From Bispira polyomma (Eukaryota), in assembly GCA_965649765.1 (NCBI GenBank), contig OZ287750.1, positions 46,314,001-46,378,000 on the forward strand: 64,000 bases of DNA. The letters are read 5' to 3'. Positions within the stretch are counted from its first letter, which is position 1, and each line of letters opens with the position of its first letter. Under the pieces are notes generated by a model. That model was not told the origin of the DNA, searched no databases, and saw only the letters and a list, made by a program, of their open reading frames with translations. The position numbers and the translations under genes are program-made. This document shows, one piece after another, positions 49,546 to 63,457 of the stretch.

Positions 49546-50899
49546 CCCATACCCACTGTACACCCCTTATCCTTCCTTACGATCTCACAATGTTTTTGTT
49601 TTTTTTTAATTTTCCATTGGTTAATTGATTCTGTTGTTCCACTTTAGAAGATGCCTTGTGTCAATAATATGCGTTAAAATGAGTAAAAAAAAATGAAAAA
49701 ATACAACGATTGTCAGAATGTCTTGTTTTAAAAAAAGATATTACACATATACATTGTGCATGTAATTCAGCATGAGCAAGTAACAGCTTTTTCTTAAACA
49801 GGTGTAGATTTTCAGACCAAGAAAGAAGCTGTTATTTACACAAATACATTGTGCCATAAAAATAAATGTAAACATATTTTGAATTATTTTTTGGAAATAA
49901 ATAATATATGTTGATTTTTAACACGCCTTATTGATGCCAACTTCTAAAGCGCCACATCACTGACAAAGTTGACTCTGTAGTCGGTTTTCAATACAAATTT
50001 GTGATCGGTACAAAAAAAGTCGTACTGACGCAGGATCCCACATGGCACACAACTCTGCACGAGTGATTCTCAATTGACTGTAACCTCTACAGCTGGTACT
50101 TCTTTAGTCCAAGAAGTAGAGAATTGCAGTAATCCAATTGACTGCTTACGATTGCGTTTGCTAGGACTATGGCAGTTTTGATAGGTCGCAAATATAAAGG
50201 TAGCAGGAATGATGCATATTTAAAACTTTATCGTCCAAAGTAACACCCAAGTTATTAAATTCATCAGCTGGGAGTACTTTATTGCTGAGAATGTTTGTAA
50301 GAAACAATGATTTGAATTTACCCCTGTGAGGTTTATCCACAATGAGGCTTTCTTAGAAAAATAAGCCTTTAGCAAGACAAGTATGACACCTAAACCTGTG
50401 ATCAATGTAACCACTTTTTGACAAAATCAATTAGTACTATGTCAACATATAGAACAATTAAAACCAATTAACACAGTACAAAATAGACCATTGTGTCTAG
50501 CCTTCTTAAAGCAGTGGACTTGTTATATTATATGACATCTTTCTCCTGTTGTTTTAAAAATTGATAACATTCTTGTGACTCTTAATGACACTGAGATGAA
50601 TATGACAAAACACCAGTTACAGGTATGTTACCTGTGTAAACTAACAAATGACAAGAGCACTTCATATCATCTCTTACAATCTTTCATATTTTTTGTCATT
50701 CTTCTGACTATTGGTCTATTGGTTAGAAGTACTTGCTAATAAACACTGGTCTCTCGCCAATGTGTGGTCAAATCCTGTTTGCTCCTTCATGTGAAAAAGT
50801 TTGTCTAGTACTTGACGTAGGTCGGTCACGATAGTTAAAGAGTTGGCAATTTTTACATCTAATCTAATCTATCTTTTATAGCGGTTATATCTGTGCTAG

Positions 50900-51945
50900 C
50901 AGATTCTAAGGAGCATGAGACAGATAATCATTTTGACCATTTTATATAGTCATTGGACGTACAGGGGTCATGACCATGTGGACCCCGGAAAAAGGTAAGG
51001 AGGCCAAGGTAGAAAAAAAGGTTTGCTGGATATGTAGGTTTTGAGCTTTTTTCCTAAAACAGACAAGTGAGGAGGCAGTGCGATTATTATTATGAGGCAG
51101 ATCATTCCACAGCTTAGGTGCATCATATGAGAAACTATTGTTAGAATGTCTTTTAGACTTGTGAACTGATCGTACAAAGGTAGCGACACTAAAGGTTGTT
51201 CCCTACCATTTTTTTCCCAAAAAATAAATTTCAATACTTTTTCATGAATTTTTTTTCATTTTTGCATTATACTTTGTTAAATTGTCTATTGGTAAAAATC
51301 TGTCATTTTGTCTTTTTATGAGCCACTCTGCTATAAATATAATGTTTATCTCCAGAAATATTTGATATGTTTCCTATTATTTCAATAGAAACATAAAGTT
51401 TTCGGCCCTAAAAATTCCAAACAAACTGAGATTTAAAAAAAATTTGCGCAGTGACCCCTTGTTTTTTTTCATATTTCGTTAGAGTTCATAATTTACCACA
51501 AACGGGGAAAAAAGAATAAATTCGGTGTGGTGAAATGTTTTTTAATGAAACCTTTTTATGGAATTTTTCCTTCCAAAAAGCAGGCTTTTACATTGAAAAC
51601 AATAGGCAACTAAATGAAAATACATACCATATTCAAAGCTCTGTAGGTTTCGAAAGAGCCTGCTGTGACATAGTTTTTTTGATGTTTTCGTTCAACGTGT
51701 TAATAAAACTTTTCATAAAAAAATTTTGGGGGAAAATCTGTGGTGTAAAAAAAATGGTAGCAAATAACCTTAAGTAAGCATTTTCAGGCCTACTATGACA
51801 TGTATGATGTACGATGATATGCATAGGGAGACAAGTAAGGAATAAAATACCTTAGAAAACCGTAATTGAGATATCTATAGACTAAGGTAGCAGTTTTGAA
51901 TATTGCTCTATACTCAATAGGCAGCCAATGAAGGGATTTTAAGAA
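50900..51945 (-). mobile_element. L2-type LINE 3' fragment split by a MITE
   Basis: LKSLHWLPIEYRAIFKTATLVYRYL...HSRPENAYL (51945-51771) continues as VATFVRSVHKSKRHSNNSFSYDAPKLWNDLP...KKLKTY below 51190. Confidence 0.75.
51193..51770. mobile_element. MITE inserted in the LINE fragment
   Basis: 23 bp imperfect TIRs aggttgttccctaccattttttt / aaaaaaatggtagcaaataacct with TAA on both sides. Confidence 0.8.
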
Positions 51946-53296
51946 AAAAAATTCCCTTGCATTGCCAGTCGCGTTGCTCACATGGACACACTTAGCTATC
52001 AATCCAAAAAATTTCCTGCACAAAAATTCACTGCATTTTTACTTTCAGTCTCAAAAGCTATTCTAAAATGAATCCTTACAAGGATTATTTCCCTATAGAC
52101 AGAGTTCCACATCGCCTTTATTTGAGTTCATACTATGAATTTGAACTTAAGGGGTTTGATGATAATACAGGCCCTGGTGTTTATTTATTTTCCATTTTGA
52201 AATACATCAAATGTGTAAAATTTATACATAACCATTATATTTATGGTTGTTTAACAAAACGAAACCATGTGATAGTCTCTTAGGGGGAAGTAAACTATGT
52301 GTGAGTTTGACATACTTTCGTTTCCTCTGCCATTCATTTATAGGTTCAACTTGTTGGTTCACAGGAATATGTGTTATCTGATAAGTAATTCCCGGACTCA
52401 TGCAGAGCTATCCAGGAAAACCTTATTTACAATAACCAGACAACAATAATAACCATAACACTTTGTCAAAATTGACTTTAAAATAGATATCTGACCCAGA
52501 GAGGACGTCTGTACTGAACAGCTGTGAAATTGATAGCTGATCCTCCTATACAATGCATAGGCAGAAGAATTGCTGGTATAAAAATAATGATAAGGATTAA
52601 CGGCATCAGGGTGGTGTCCTAAAGAATGAGAAAATAGGCGCTTGTCTCCTCGGTGAGGAATTGAGGAGACATCAAGGAGACAGTGGGGAGAACCTTTTGC
52701 TATCACACAGCATTTTGGGTTGCTGCTTGTCGCCAAGCCAATTTTCCTATGTGAATCCATAGTCAATCAACAGGAATGAATATACCAGATTCACAATATC
52801 TTTTCTTGTGATCCATTATAGTTTTTTTTTTTTTTTTGAGGGAGGAGGGGGGGGGGGGGCGAATGATGAAATGATGTAATAAAAGTTATTTGTTACAAAA
52901 ATGTGTTCTAGCTTCTATAGTAACTTTAATCTACTAGGTTACCACTTCATAATAAAAGGCCTGGGAACATACTACGGTCCAGATCTATTAAAACTCATTC
53001 ACATTTATCACATTTTTTGCCTCCAACTCCTGGATTTTATCTTAATCAGTCATAAGCTTTTCCCCCATTTCTCAGACAAATCCAGGGCAAGTTCTTAGTA
53101 CACACTATTTTCTCACACAACTTTCTGGTGTTAGATCGTCATACAAAGCTTTTGGTGCAGATATGCAATACATGAATAGAACTGTAAATGTAAACAATAT
53201 TCGAGATTCATACATACAGTTAGAGGGGAGTCTTACCATGTATATTACACGTGTTTAATTAATACACTACGGTATAAGACATTGACACACTGAATA

Positions 53297-53504
53297 CTGT
53301 ATCAGTGGAAATCTTTATCAGAAATTCATTTTAGCTATTTTACCTAATTAGTTTGAATAGTGGAAAAATAATCATTCCAAGTAAAAAAGATAAATCTGAA
53401 TTGATATTTTAGTCATCAAAAATAGCCAAATAGTAAAAAATAAATCCAGTGAACGTCTCACAAAAATTGTAAATTGGTGACTGTCTAAATATTCAATGAT
53501 ACGG
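53297..53504. mobile_element. TA-flanked MITE (Tc1/mariner-like)
   Basis: ta-ctgtatcagtggaaatcttt / taaatattcaatgatacgg-ta. Confidence 0.55.
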
Positions 53505-53979
53505 TAATGTCATTCGACTGTTCCCTTTTGTGCGAAAAATTGTGCGCATTTATTAAGAGAAAGAAACACATGATGAAGCCAATCAAACGGAGAGGTTCCC
53601 GAACATACGTGAAGGAGGGGGAGAAGGAGGCGCCAATAATCCCTTGGCAGCATGAGTTCATTTAAAAGTCGTCTACTTTACCTTTATTAAATCCTAAAAT
53701 TGCATTTCAACCAGTGCTCCAGTGTTTTGCATATTCTAATTTATTTGATTCTGCAGTGCTTGTAAATCAAATGAGGTTGCCTGGTAAACTTGGGCCTACA
53801 ACAAGGCTACGACATACTGATAATAAGCCCAATATTACAAGTAGCTCTCTGGAATGAGCCACACACCTTTATTATTATTATTATTATTATTAAATTAGTA
53901 TATGACTAGATTCATATACATCATGTCAGTCACTTATTGTTTAAAAAGGGATTATAGTTCTAAATACAAGAAAAATCAT

Positions 53980-54282
53980 CTCCGTGGCCTAGTGGCTAGA
54001 GTGTTTGACTTTGGATCTGAGGGTCCAGGTTCTATCCTGGCCTGGATGTTGTAACACACAGTTGTCCCTCTCTACCCAGGTTTATGAATAGGTACCTGGC
54101 CGGCAATGGGTGTAAGTGTATGCCCCATATGTGGCAGCATGGCTAGACTAGTATGCTTTCTGAGGGAACTGAGACTGAACATTTTGTGGATGATCCGAGG
54201 CTGGGGTGTAAATTGAAAAGTAGGATGAGACCTCAATAGGGGTAATATCAGATTATAAACCTACACACATTTACATTTACAT
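53980..54282 (+). mobile_element. tRNA-derived SINE with a CORE-like centre
   Basis: A box gtggcctagtggctaga, B box ggttctatcc, centre cctctctacccaggtttatgaataggtacc, tail (catttac)n. Confidence 0.7.
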
Positions 54283-55155
54283 TGTAACCAGTTAAATCGT
54301 CCAACAGGGGAGAAAATGTGGGTAGGCCAAAATGACGAGTTTTATTTGTTCCTGAAAGAACTAATTTGTGCCTGGGATTAGTCAACTGATCAGACAGGTA
54401 TCCTGTTCCATCTCACCAGAACAGAAACTGGAAAATTGCACTGTACAATTGATCCTATTAGGATGAAAAGTCACTATTAAAAGTCTATTTTCGCCCTGTT
54501 AAACTACTAGACCTGGTCAGGAAAGATAAATGCGATGGTTGATTGAATGAGATTGCCTTGAATATTGTATAGGAACAGGATGCAATATTTTTTATGGCAA
54601 GGAATAACTCATAATCTGAGTTTGTTGATCAAACTGACATAAAATACAAGTGCATTTTTAACCCATAGCAGTTTGGCCATGTTTGTTTTGCTGGTACGGT
54701 ATAAGAGAATCACAGTTGTCTAGACCTGTCGAGATGTTTACGAATCCTACATAAGTCCGTATTGTGATATCATAAACGACACCCATTTAATACATGACCA
54801 CCGAATGAGTGGTCACAATCCCACCTCGATTGTTACAGTTGGGATTATGTCATTTATGTCATTATGTCATTTATTTTGAGTCTAGTGGGGGGAAGAGGTG
54901 GATGGTGGGTAGAAAAGCTCATTTACCCCTTGACACTTAAACTACCTAGTAGTAGTATAAGGTCAGTTTTATCTGGATCTGACTTGAGCATAGGCTTTTC
55001 CATCTGTTCCCATCCATGGTGTACCCCCCACATTACATCAAGCAACAACCAGAAAAAAAAAACCCGTAAAGTCCACTGTGTTGATACTAAATTTCGGGAA
55101 TTTGATTTTACATCACTTTTAATATCTTTGGGCATGTATTATATGATGACAGCCA

Positions 55156-55350
55156 GGGGCCATATTTACAAAAGGTCTCAGTCTTAACGTGGTATTAAGC
55201 TTACCATTAATGTCTAAAACATTTAAGACTACTTACTGTTAGTCTTAGGGCTAAATTGACACTGAGCAAAGATCTCTTCTTGTTACCATTGGACCAAGAC
55301 CAAAATTGTATTAACATTTTCGGCCAAAATCAATGTGAATACTGCCCCCG
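55156..55350. mobile_element. MITE family D, copy 2
   Basis: ggggcatatttacaaaagg / tgtgaatactgccccc; shares atttaagact..ctactgtta and agaccaaaatt..ggccaaaatcaa with 38435-38622. Confidence 0.65.
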
Positions 55351-58300
55351 ATTTATTGGTGAAAGAAGCCAGTAATATTTGTGGTGCTGATGGAAACCAC
55401 CAGCCTATAGCCAATATATTCAACCTGACAATGTTCCTCTCCAAAAGTAATTAAGCAGCAGGAGTCAACCCCACTGGGGTGGCCATTGCAGTAGGTAATT
55501 GCAAAGGTGGCCATTGCAGTAGAGCCCTGGAGAACACCAAAAATCTCTCCAGTTTCTACGAACACGCAAATTATGCTGACTCACTGCTGTCTTCAGGAAA
55601 GCCCTTTCAAGTGCGTTCAGTGGCTGTATATGATACTAATGTTACATCACCTAAGATTTACGTCTGTAGAACACTTAATCAACTGGCGCGAGATATATTA
55701 TATACATGGATTCTACAATCAATGGTACTATATGATAAGGTAGTAGTATTTCACGTAGAACAAGGCAATCGTGATGCACCCATCGATAAAAAGAGAGATA
55801 AAAACAATTCATTATGGTTGTCTTCGAAGGAGGTCATTATTTGGGCCGAATAAATACAAAACACTTGCTTGGGTCACAAGGCTGTAAGTAGCACATGCCT
55901 CGAGTTGTGTGATCTTAACATGCGAAATAAAACTCCTTTATATTCCCCCAAAAAGAACTACGTCTAATTAGTTGTATATGCAATATACATGTATAGCACT
56001 GATTATTTTGTAACATGTTGGAATTTTAAATTATGGCCCCAAACAAATCATATTGGCTTGCTTTAACACCACAATGTACTCATATAGGTTATGTCTGCCA
56101 GGGATAAAGAAAACCGATCGTAATTGTAACAGGTCCTCTATTTTAGAACCCGATAACCTGTTCATATATCTCATGGGATATAGACACATGGTCCGGTTAT
56201 ATAAGTGTGTAAAAGGAATGCCTAGGTTACATATTCAAGGTTCAGTCCGCAGAACGGTTAATTACGATATAATCCAAGGCTATCCTAAAAATTACCTTGA
56301 TCACTAATAGAGAAACGAGGACATACACCATAACCCAAGGTTTGCCCCTTGATATTTTAAACTGTCCTTAATCAGGAATACCACAGATCTGCTAATTTTC
56401 CATTAAACGTAGTAAAACCTGATTGTGCTGGACGAAGAAAACAAAGTCAGTTACCTGTGATCAAACTGGTGTATACTTATGTATAATTAGCCATAACTTG
56501 TAGCCACGCTTAAGCCATGATGTAATTTTCTAGACATTTTTTACATGATGGCTGTGGGTTTATCTACAAATATTCGCCCGGTCACATATTTCCATTCAGC
56601 AGCTATCTTAGAAAAGTAAGAATTCCCAAACATGGCTGTTTTGGGAGTTTTGATGGTCAAAGATATCCACTTTGTGACATGGATTTGCCTTTTTGTAATG
56701 TAATTACCCTGTTATATTTACAAATAACAACCTAATTCCTACATTAGTGTGCCATTTTAGAAACTAAAGGTCATGTTTAATATGTTGCTTAAATTTATAC
56801 CGCAAATTTGAATGAATTGTTTACATCTGCGAATTATGTGTATGTGACGTTACGTGACGTTGTCACATAGTATGACGTAGTGTGATGGATCTGTGGAAAC
56901 ATAGCTAAATGTTAGTCGATGGCTCTTAACAAGACCAAAGCCAGAAAATTACGTCATAATCACTATTTCAACACATTTTCCCTACGATACTAAGTGCTAC
57001 GTTTTAATGTCCCTAAAGACGTTGGGGTACAATGCTACGTGTACGTGTGACCGGGACATAAATATGTGAAAGGGCCATAACCATTGCTTTATCTATGGTT
57101 TATCTGACAAACAGCTAATTGTACCAGTTGGTTAATGTGTCGCTCTTTTAACAGAAGCACCTGTATTAATACTGGCCATAAAGAAGGCAAGAGTTCCTTG
57201 CTCGAGTACAAGATATGCAACAAGGTGCAGTTCCGTATTGTCAGTACATTCCCAGTTCCCAAGTAGTGTATCATATTCAAAGTTTTTACTAGGCATATTC
57301 ATCTACATTTATCTGCTATTCAAAGTGCCTATTAACATTTAATTGACTTTAATAGCCAACCATCACCAGTAACTGTCATTCACCTAAAGGAAGAAAGTCT
57401 TGGGGATGACCATTTATCAATGTCCCCCAACGGCAGAGTGATAACAAAATTAGTGCTTGCATATGACTTATTTTCTTAAGATCGCAAAATGATTTCTTTA
57501 CCGCTTAACAGGTCATGAGCACAAAAGTATCTTTTAATCACAAAATCATCTGTTGTTTACTAGATAATCAAATAAGGTGATGAGCACCAAAGTTTATACT
57601 CATTCATCTAATTTCCCCATCTTATTAAGGTCCTGCTTCATCTTGTGATCACGACTTATTGAATTGTGTGCACAAGATGATGTGAGTATGATTTAAATAA
57701 GACAGACAAAAATGGTGATTTAAAAAGGACAGTAACAAATGTATTGATGTCCTACTAGGGGCTCCTTGGTATTGTAACTAAGTAATGTAGTATACAACCT
57801 ACTGTACCGTTAATGAAATAAGGAGTTACAAATATTAGGACCAACTGCAAAAGTATCTAAAAATAATCAGCAATTAAAACTTCCTGCTCAAACTCATTTC
57901 AAACAGAAATTAAAAAAAACTACTCGTTTTCATTTATATGCCCCATCATGCATTCATAATGCACTCATTTAGGTTTTACGATATTTCTTGGTAGCAGTTT
58001 ACAACACAAACTTCCTTCAAGTCCTTTTCTCTCAAGCATCATATGAGGGCAGTTTGGCTTTCTAAATAGATATTGGTGCTGAGATTTGCACAGAGAAGAC
58101 TGGTCCAATTTACTAAAGGGAATCATAATGACTTCCTGCATGATAGATAAGAATAAAATAGAAAGACTTGTGAGCCAGTCTATTTACAATATAATTAGTT
58201 GAAGAAATTAGCGGAATAAAACAACCGTTTTTAAGTATTTATTTAAATTGCTTCTTTGTACAATAAAGTGTAATACATAGAACAAGAACAAACACCAGTT

Positions 58301-60945
58301 AATCGTCCGGACTACATCGTTTAGAGGAAGTATTAAAGTAATTCAATGTATTGTGCACATTCACCCAGAAATACTACTCTTTGCAGAAATTACATATTAA
58401 AATAAAATTATACACTATCACACTTCTGCACTAATGTGTCAGCAAATACTAATAATATAGTTGAACCTTTCGTGAATTCATGAATGTTTTATTTGGAATA
58501 CCAGGAAATCCAACCACAATGTGCTGAATGAACAGTTTGTTCGGCACTTAATATTCTGAAACCAATTTCACCAATAAAATATTTTAACACTTAAATTTAC
58601 CACACCCATTCAGCTAAAAGTTAGAGGTATTTCTGTGACAGATATGATTAAATCATCATGGTTCACATACAGCTACATTTTAAGTATACCTTTAACGACT
58701 GCTTACATCCATAATGTACCCATTCATGTTATACCTTTGTATTGTCGCAGACATTTCTGTAACAACGTGCTCGTGTAATTGTCAAAGACGATTTATTACA
58801 GTAAAGGCGTGGTTTACAAAATACTGGAAACAGATAATTAATATCATTTATTTTTCTATTTTAGATACATCTTGCAAATATCTTTTACTTAAATATTTAA
58901 TTCCAAAAACACTTCATTATTGTTTTTATGTTATCAAAAAAATCGTCACAAAATTTTTGTATTGTGATTGGTACAGAAATCAAAATGTTTAGAATGGATA
59001 CGTTTTAGCATCTGTAACGTTTACACTGGTGAATGGTTATGTGGTTTTATTATACTAAAGCTACATGTGTATTACAAAGTCAAATTATTATACACAATGA
59101 TTAAATTACATTTCTGCTCATTGTCAAAACCAACACACACGGCTGAGATTTTACAGCATAGAAAATCATACAAAGTTACACAATAAATAGTATTATTATT
59201 ATTGAAGTATTTATTGATATTCATTTTCTAATGTGCACATTCTTTGAAAGGGATAGTTCTACAACATAGCTTGGGTCATCATAAATAGACAGTGGCGTGT
59301 TCACATGTTACCCAAGGATGTTATCACACCACAGAACCTAACAGCTTTAGCAGAAGTTGAACCGAAAACCTTCAAATCACCAAACCAACTCCCCCAGTGG
59401 GAGTTGAACCGGGAACCATCTGTTGAGACTACAAATATGAACGTTTGGGCTACTAATAAAGTATTATTAGTAGAGATCATTGCAACTGCTTTAACACCAC
59501 TACAAACTAGTAACATATTTCTGTCTGTTACCATACGTTCAATACACTATATATTAATATATTTACAACAACTATAAACTTTTATACAAAATTTGTTTAA
59601 ATACATAATCTTTAGGTGCTTGATTATCACAAGTTCTGCCTTCTCACGGTGTCATATGTTTCTAAAGACAGCAGACATTGTTAACATTGTTAACAGTGTT
59701 AACTATGTATACAATAGACCTCCTCCAACCTGTAGTCCTTATACTACATAAGAACATTATGATTGAAATGGCCAATCTATATATTATAGAATTCAGCAGT
59801 ATTCAAAAGAGGTTAAATGGGAGTTTTGTCATATGTAAGAAATTCACAATATAAATTTAAACAAAATGATTAGATATTTTTTTTGCCAAAACAATATTTA
59901 TTGATACTGACAATAATAACATGCTTATTTAGATAAGGACTTGAAGCAAGCCTGCAAATACCAGTAATACTAGTAATACAAATCACAGCAGATACATAAA
60001 GACTTTTAAAACCCTGAGCAGTGCAATAAAATACTGATACATGCATTTATATTTGCAATATACCTTCAATATAAAGTGTAAATATAAGTGGTCCACAAAG
60101 AGGTTAAAAGCTGCAAACCTGAGACATTTATTACTAACTCCTACTGAGTAAATCCTGATGAAAAAAGATGATTACATTTAATACCCTATTTACTTTTGTA
60201 CCAAAGTCTTCAAAACAAGTTTGGTATGTGCTTGTTTACTGAATAATTTATACTGAACAGTTATATCTAATAAGAAAGATTCTAAATAATGAAATATAAG
60301 TTGGCTTTGATATATTTAAGAAATTTCCAATATCACTTTAAAAATCAGATATGGGATTGGGTATATTTTTTTTCTGCTTTATAAAAATAATTTTATTTTT
60401 TTGGTTTTGGTTGTAAATCCCAAATTAAATTTTTTTGATAATAAAGAACTTAACACTTTTAGAAAGAGGAATCTTCTCTATTTCCTATATTTTATATTGC
60501 ATCATGAACCTTCTTAGGTCTTGTTGAGCAACCAAAAAATATACAACAATGCGCCACCACACAACTGTCCTATATATCCTATCCCACAAGCCGATCTAGG
60601 AGTATTCAGAAGGGACAGGACGCCCACCGCCCCTTTTGTGTTCTAATTATTTTTGGAGCGGCAGCAAACATGACTCCAACAACCAAATTTTACCCTTTAT
60701 GTTCACAAGACATACTGGGTGTGGACACACATATTGCAAATATGGAATTTAAATTTTCGATAATAAAGAACTTAACAATTTCAGAAAGAGGAATCTTTTG
60801 TATTTCCTACATTTCATATTGCATCATGAACCTTGTATTTTCTACATTTCATAATGCACCATGAACCTTCTTAAGTCTTGTTGAGCAGTCAAATAGTATA
60901 CAACAACAGTGTACCCTGTATAACCATCCTTTGTCTTGCCACTGA

Positions 60946-61083
60946 TCACATTGTGTTAACGCGAGGTCTGTGGCCCATGTCTGGCAGTTCTACCACAGCC
61001 TCAGAATCTGACTCCTGATTGCAGATCATGTCATAGTACTTGAGCAATGTCTTGTCAGCTACTGAGTACTCGGTGCGTGGGTA
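60946..61083 (-). CDS. GADD45: GADD45-family protein (paralogue 2), last coding exon
   Basis: Acceptor tctgtctgtttcag; YPRTEYSVADKTLLKYYDMICNQESDSEAVVELPDMGHRPRVNTM* aligns with paralogue 1 exon 5 (FPSTQCSEADETVLEF...VLQLP). Confidence 0.75.
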   Translation of the reverse strand, partial: YPRTEYSVADKTLLKYYDMICNQESDSEAVVELPDMGHRPRVNTM

Positions 61084-61157
61084 CTGAAACAGACAGATAG
61101 AAGACATAGGAGACACTGAAGCGATATACATACTCCACACAAACAAGGCTGTTAATT

Positions 61158-62040
61158 GAAACAAAACAATGGTGCAGAGATAAGCTAAGATACCAGAAAC
61201 AAGGGTAAACTTACTTCAAACACAAGTGAAACAAAACAATGGTGCAGAGATAAGCTAAGATACCAGAAACAAGGGTAAACTTACTTCAAACACAAGTGTT
61301 CTAACACAAAGAATGGTACACATATAAAGACAAAAAAGTACTCCAACACATTGGTACTGATACAATAAATGGTATAAAGATACGCAGATATGAAAGTACT
61401 CCAACACAGGGGTACTGATACAATGAATGGTAAACAGATACACAGATATGAAAGTACTCCAACACAAGGGTACTGATACAATGAATGGGTAAACAGATAA
61501 CCACAAAGGACAAAAGAGTACCCAAAGAAAGCAAATGCAAAGTTTCAAGTAAACAGGTGGGATAAAAATATTAAAAAGAAGATACCATTAGGAAAAAGAC
61601 TGGCTGTCCTTGTCAAGTATCAAAATTTGTGGTAACCACCATTGAACTGCAGCTGCTTGGTATAAGTAAGTACACTGGTAAGAAAATTTAGTACACTTTA
61701 TGGCTACAAGTTCAGTGGTAAAATCAGTGTTGGCATTGTGCTAACAGAACCTAAAAAGGTTGTAAAGTCTATCATACTGCGAACCAATATTTACCCAAAA
61801 AAAGTTTGAAAGAAAGGAATAAATTCTACCATACCACAAACAATCATTATGTAAGCCATATTTATACATATAACCTTAAAATTGTGGAAAGAAAGGTACA
61901 GACGCTACCATACTACTGATACTCAGTGAGTAAACCATATTTATACATATAACCTTAAAATTGTGAAAAGGGGGATATAAACTCTACCACTGACACACAT
62001 TAAGTAAGCCATATTTATACATATATCCTTAAAATGGTGG
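61158..62040. repeat. Stack of intronic tandem repeats: 70 bp x2, 58 bp x3-4, ~75 bp x3
   Basis: Exact 70 bp duplication (61158/61228); aaagtactccaacaca at 61335, 61393 and 61451; taagccatatttatacatataaccttaaa-type units at ~61852, ~61931 and ~62004, with further copies at ~62575 and ~62654. Confidence 0.85.
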
Positions 62041-62244
62041 ACAGTTTCTATGTGATGTGGTTTTTATAAGTAGAAATGATATTGAAACAAATTAAAAGAT
62101 AAAGTTTGCAGTTTTATTTTTGTACAGATTAGTAATGCATACAGTCTACAGTTTTATTTTTGTACAGATTAGTAATGCATACAGAGATAGGTAAACTTTA
62201 GTCATAAAATTTGTAAAACGAGCCCAAACCCAATCAAATGGAGG

Positions 62245-62560
62245 AAGGGATGATGGAAGAGAATGTGGTAGGTATAACAAAGGCAGCCTGTGAGGTAGAT
62301 TGTAAATATGTTCACAAGGCGGAACTTTGCCATAGTTTGTGCGACATGATGTTCTAGAGAGAGACATTGTTGTTAAATCCCAGTGTAGCTCCAGATCTAC
62401 GGAATTTTTGGAAACGTAGAGTATTGTGGTCAATTCCTATGTCTTGTAAAATGTTTTTCAATACTGTTATGATGTGTGATTCGATGACTGGAAAGTGAGG
62501 TGAAGTAGTAACAAATAGTGGTGAAAATGGAGGCAGCTGCCTAGAATTTGGTATTTTGGT
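62245..62560 (-). mobile_element. DIRS-type tyrosine-recombinase retrotransposon remnant (YR C-terminus)
   Basis: SPLF...VLKNILQDIGID...FQKFRRSGATLGFNNNVSL, then after a frameshift NIMSHKLWQSSAL*TYLQ. This fits the degenerate HxxRRxGAT, H-G-x-W-x-S and catalytic Y motifs. Confidence 0.7.
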
Positions 62561-63457
62561 CTGACACTCACTGAATAAGCCATATTTATATATATAACCT
62601 TTAAATGGTGGAAAGAAATGTATAGACTCTACCATACTACTGACACCAACTGAGTAAGCCATATAATTACATGTACATGTCCAACATCAAATGGTTATTA
62701 AAGAAGACTCTTTTGAACCCAATAAAAACAATCAATGCACTAATCAAACTTTACAGCCTTACTAGAGTAGATTTAGTTATCCCTCTATTGATTCATTATC
62801 ATACCTCACAAATTGACCTGTCCATATGTCCAATAATGAGACTGATTAGTTATCTTGCATTAATCAAATGTCCCGTATAACTGATCACATATTAAACACG
62901 GCTCTGTTTAAGAATCCTAATTGATATATGAACTGAAGCAATTTCACAGTCTGACTTCACATAATACAAAAAAAAACCTCTTTACTTTCATGTTGTCTAT
63001 TAATAAGATTTACACTACTTTACTGCTATGCTGCACCCAATCACCACTGGCAGAAATAAATAATACAGAGTACTGGGCTGGTATTCACACAGATTCTTAT
63101 TTTTAAAAATATGACTATAACCTTTGTAGATACACTGCAAATATTGCTTATTTACATAAAATATGGTCCTAACCCTTTGCAGATACACCAGCATTATTGC
63201 ATATTTACGTCAATTATGATAATATCCTTTGAAATACACCACAACTATTGCATATTAACATTACTTGTAGCTCCATCTTTTTCACCTACTAGTTGTGAAA
63301 TAAATACATGCCAACAAAGTAAATTAAATATTTTCACAACGTTAAAACCTGTTAATGGTTAGTTATAGAGATGGATTTCTTGTTCACACACTATACACCA
63401 TACTCCTGTGTCAGGGGAACTATTGATGTATATATATTTTTTCACTTATCACCGTAC

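Noticed and set aside
53980-54055. Genuine tRNA gene
   Set aside because: The cloverleaf is degenerate and continues into a SINE body and tail. The same applies to the heads at 9097, 11300, 13443, 15835 and 20050.
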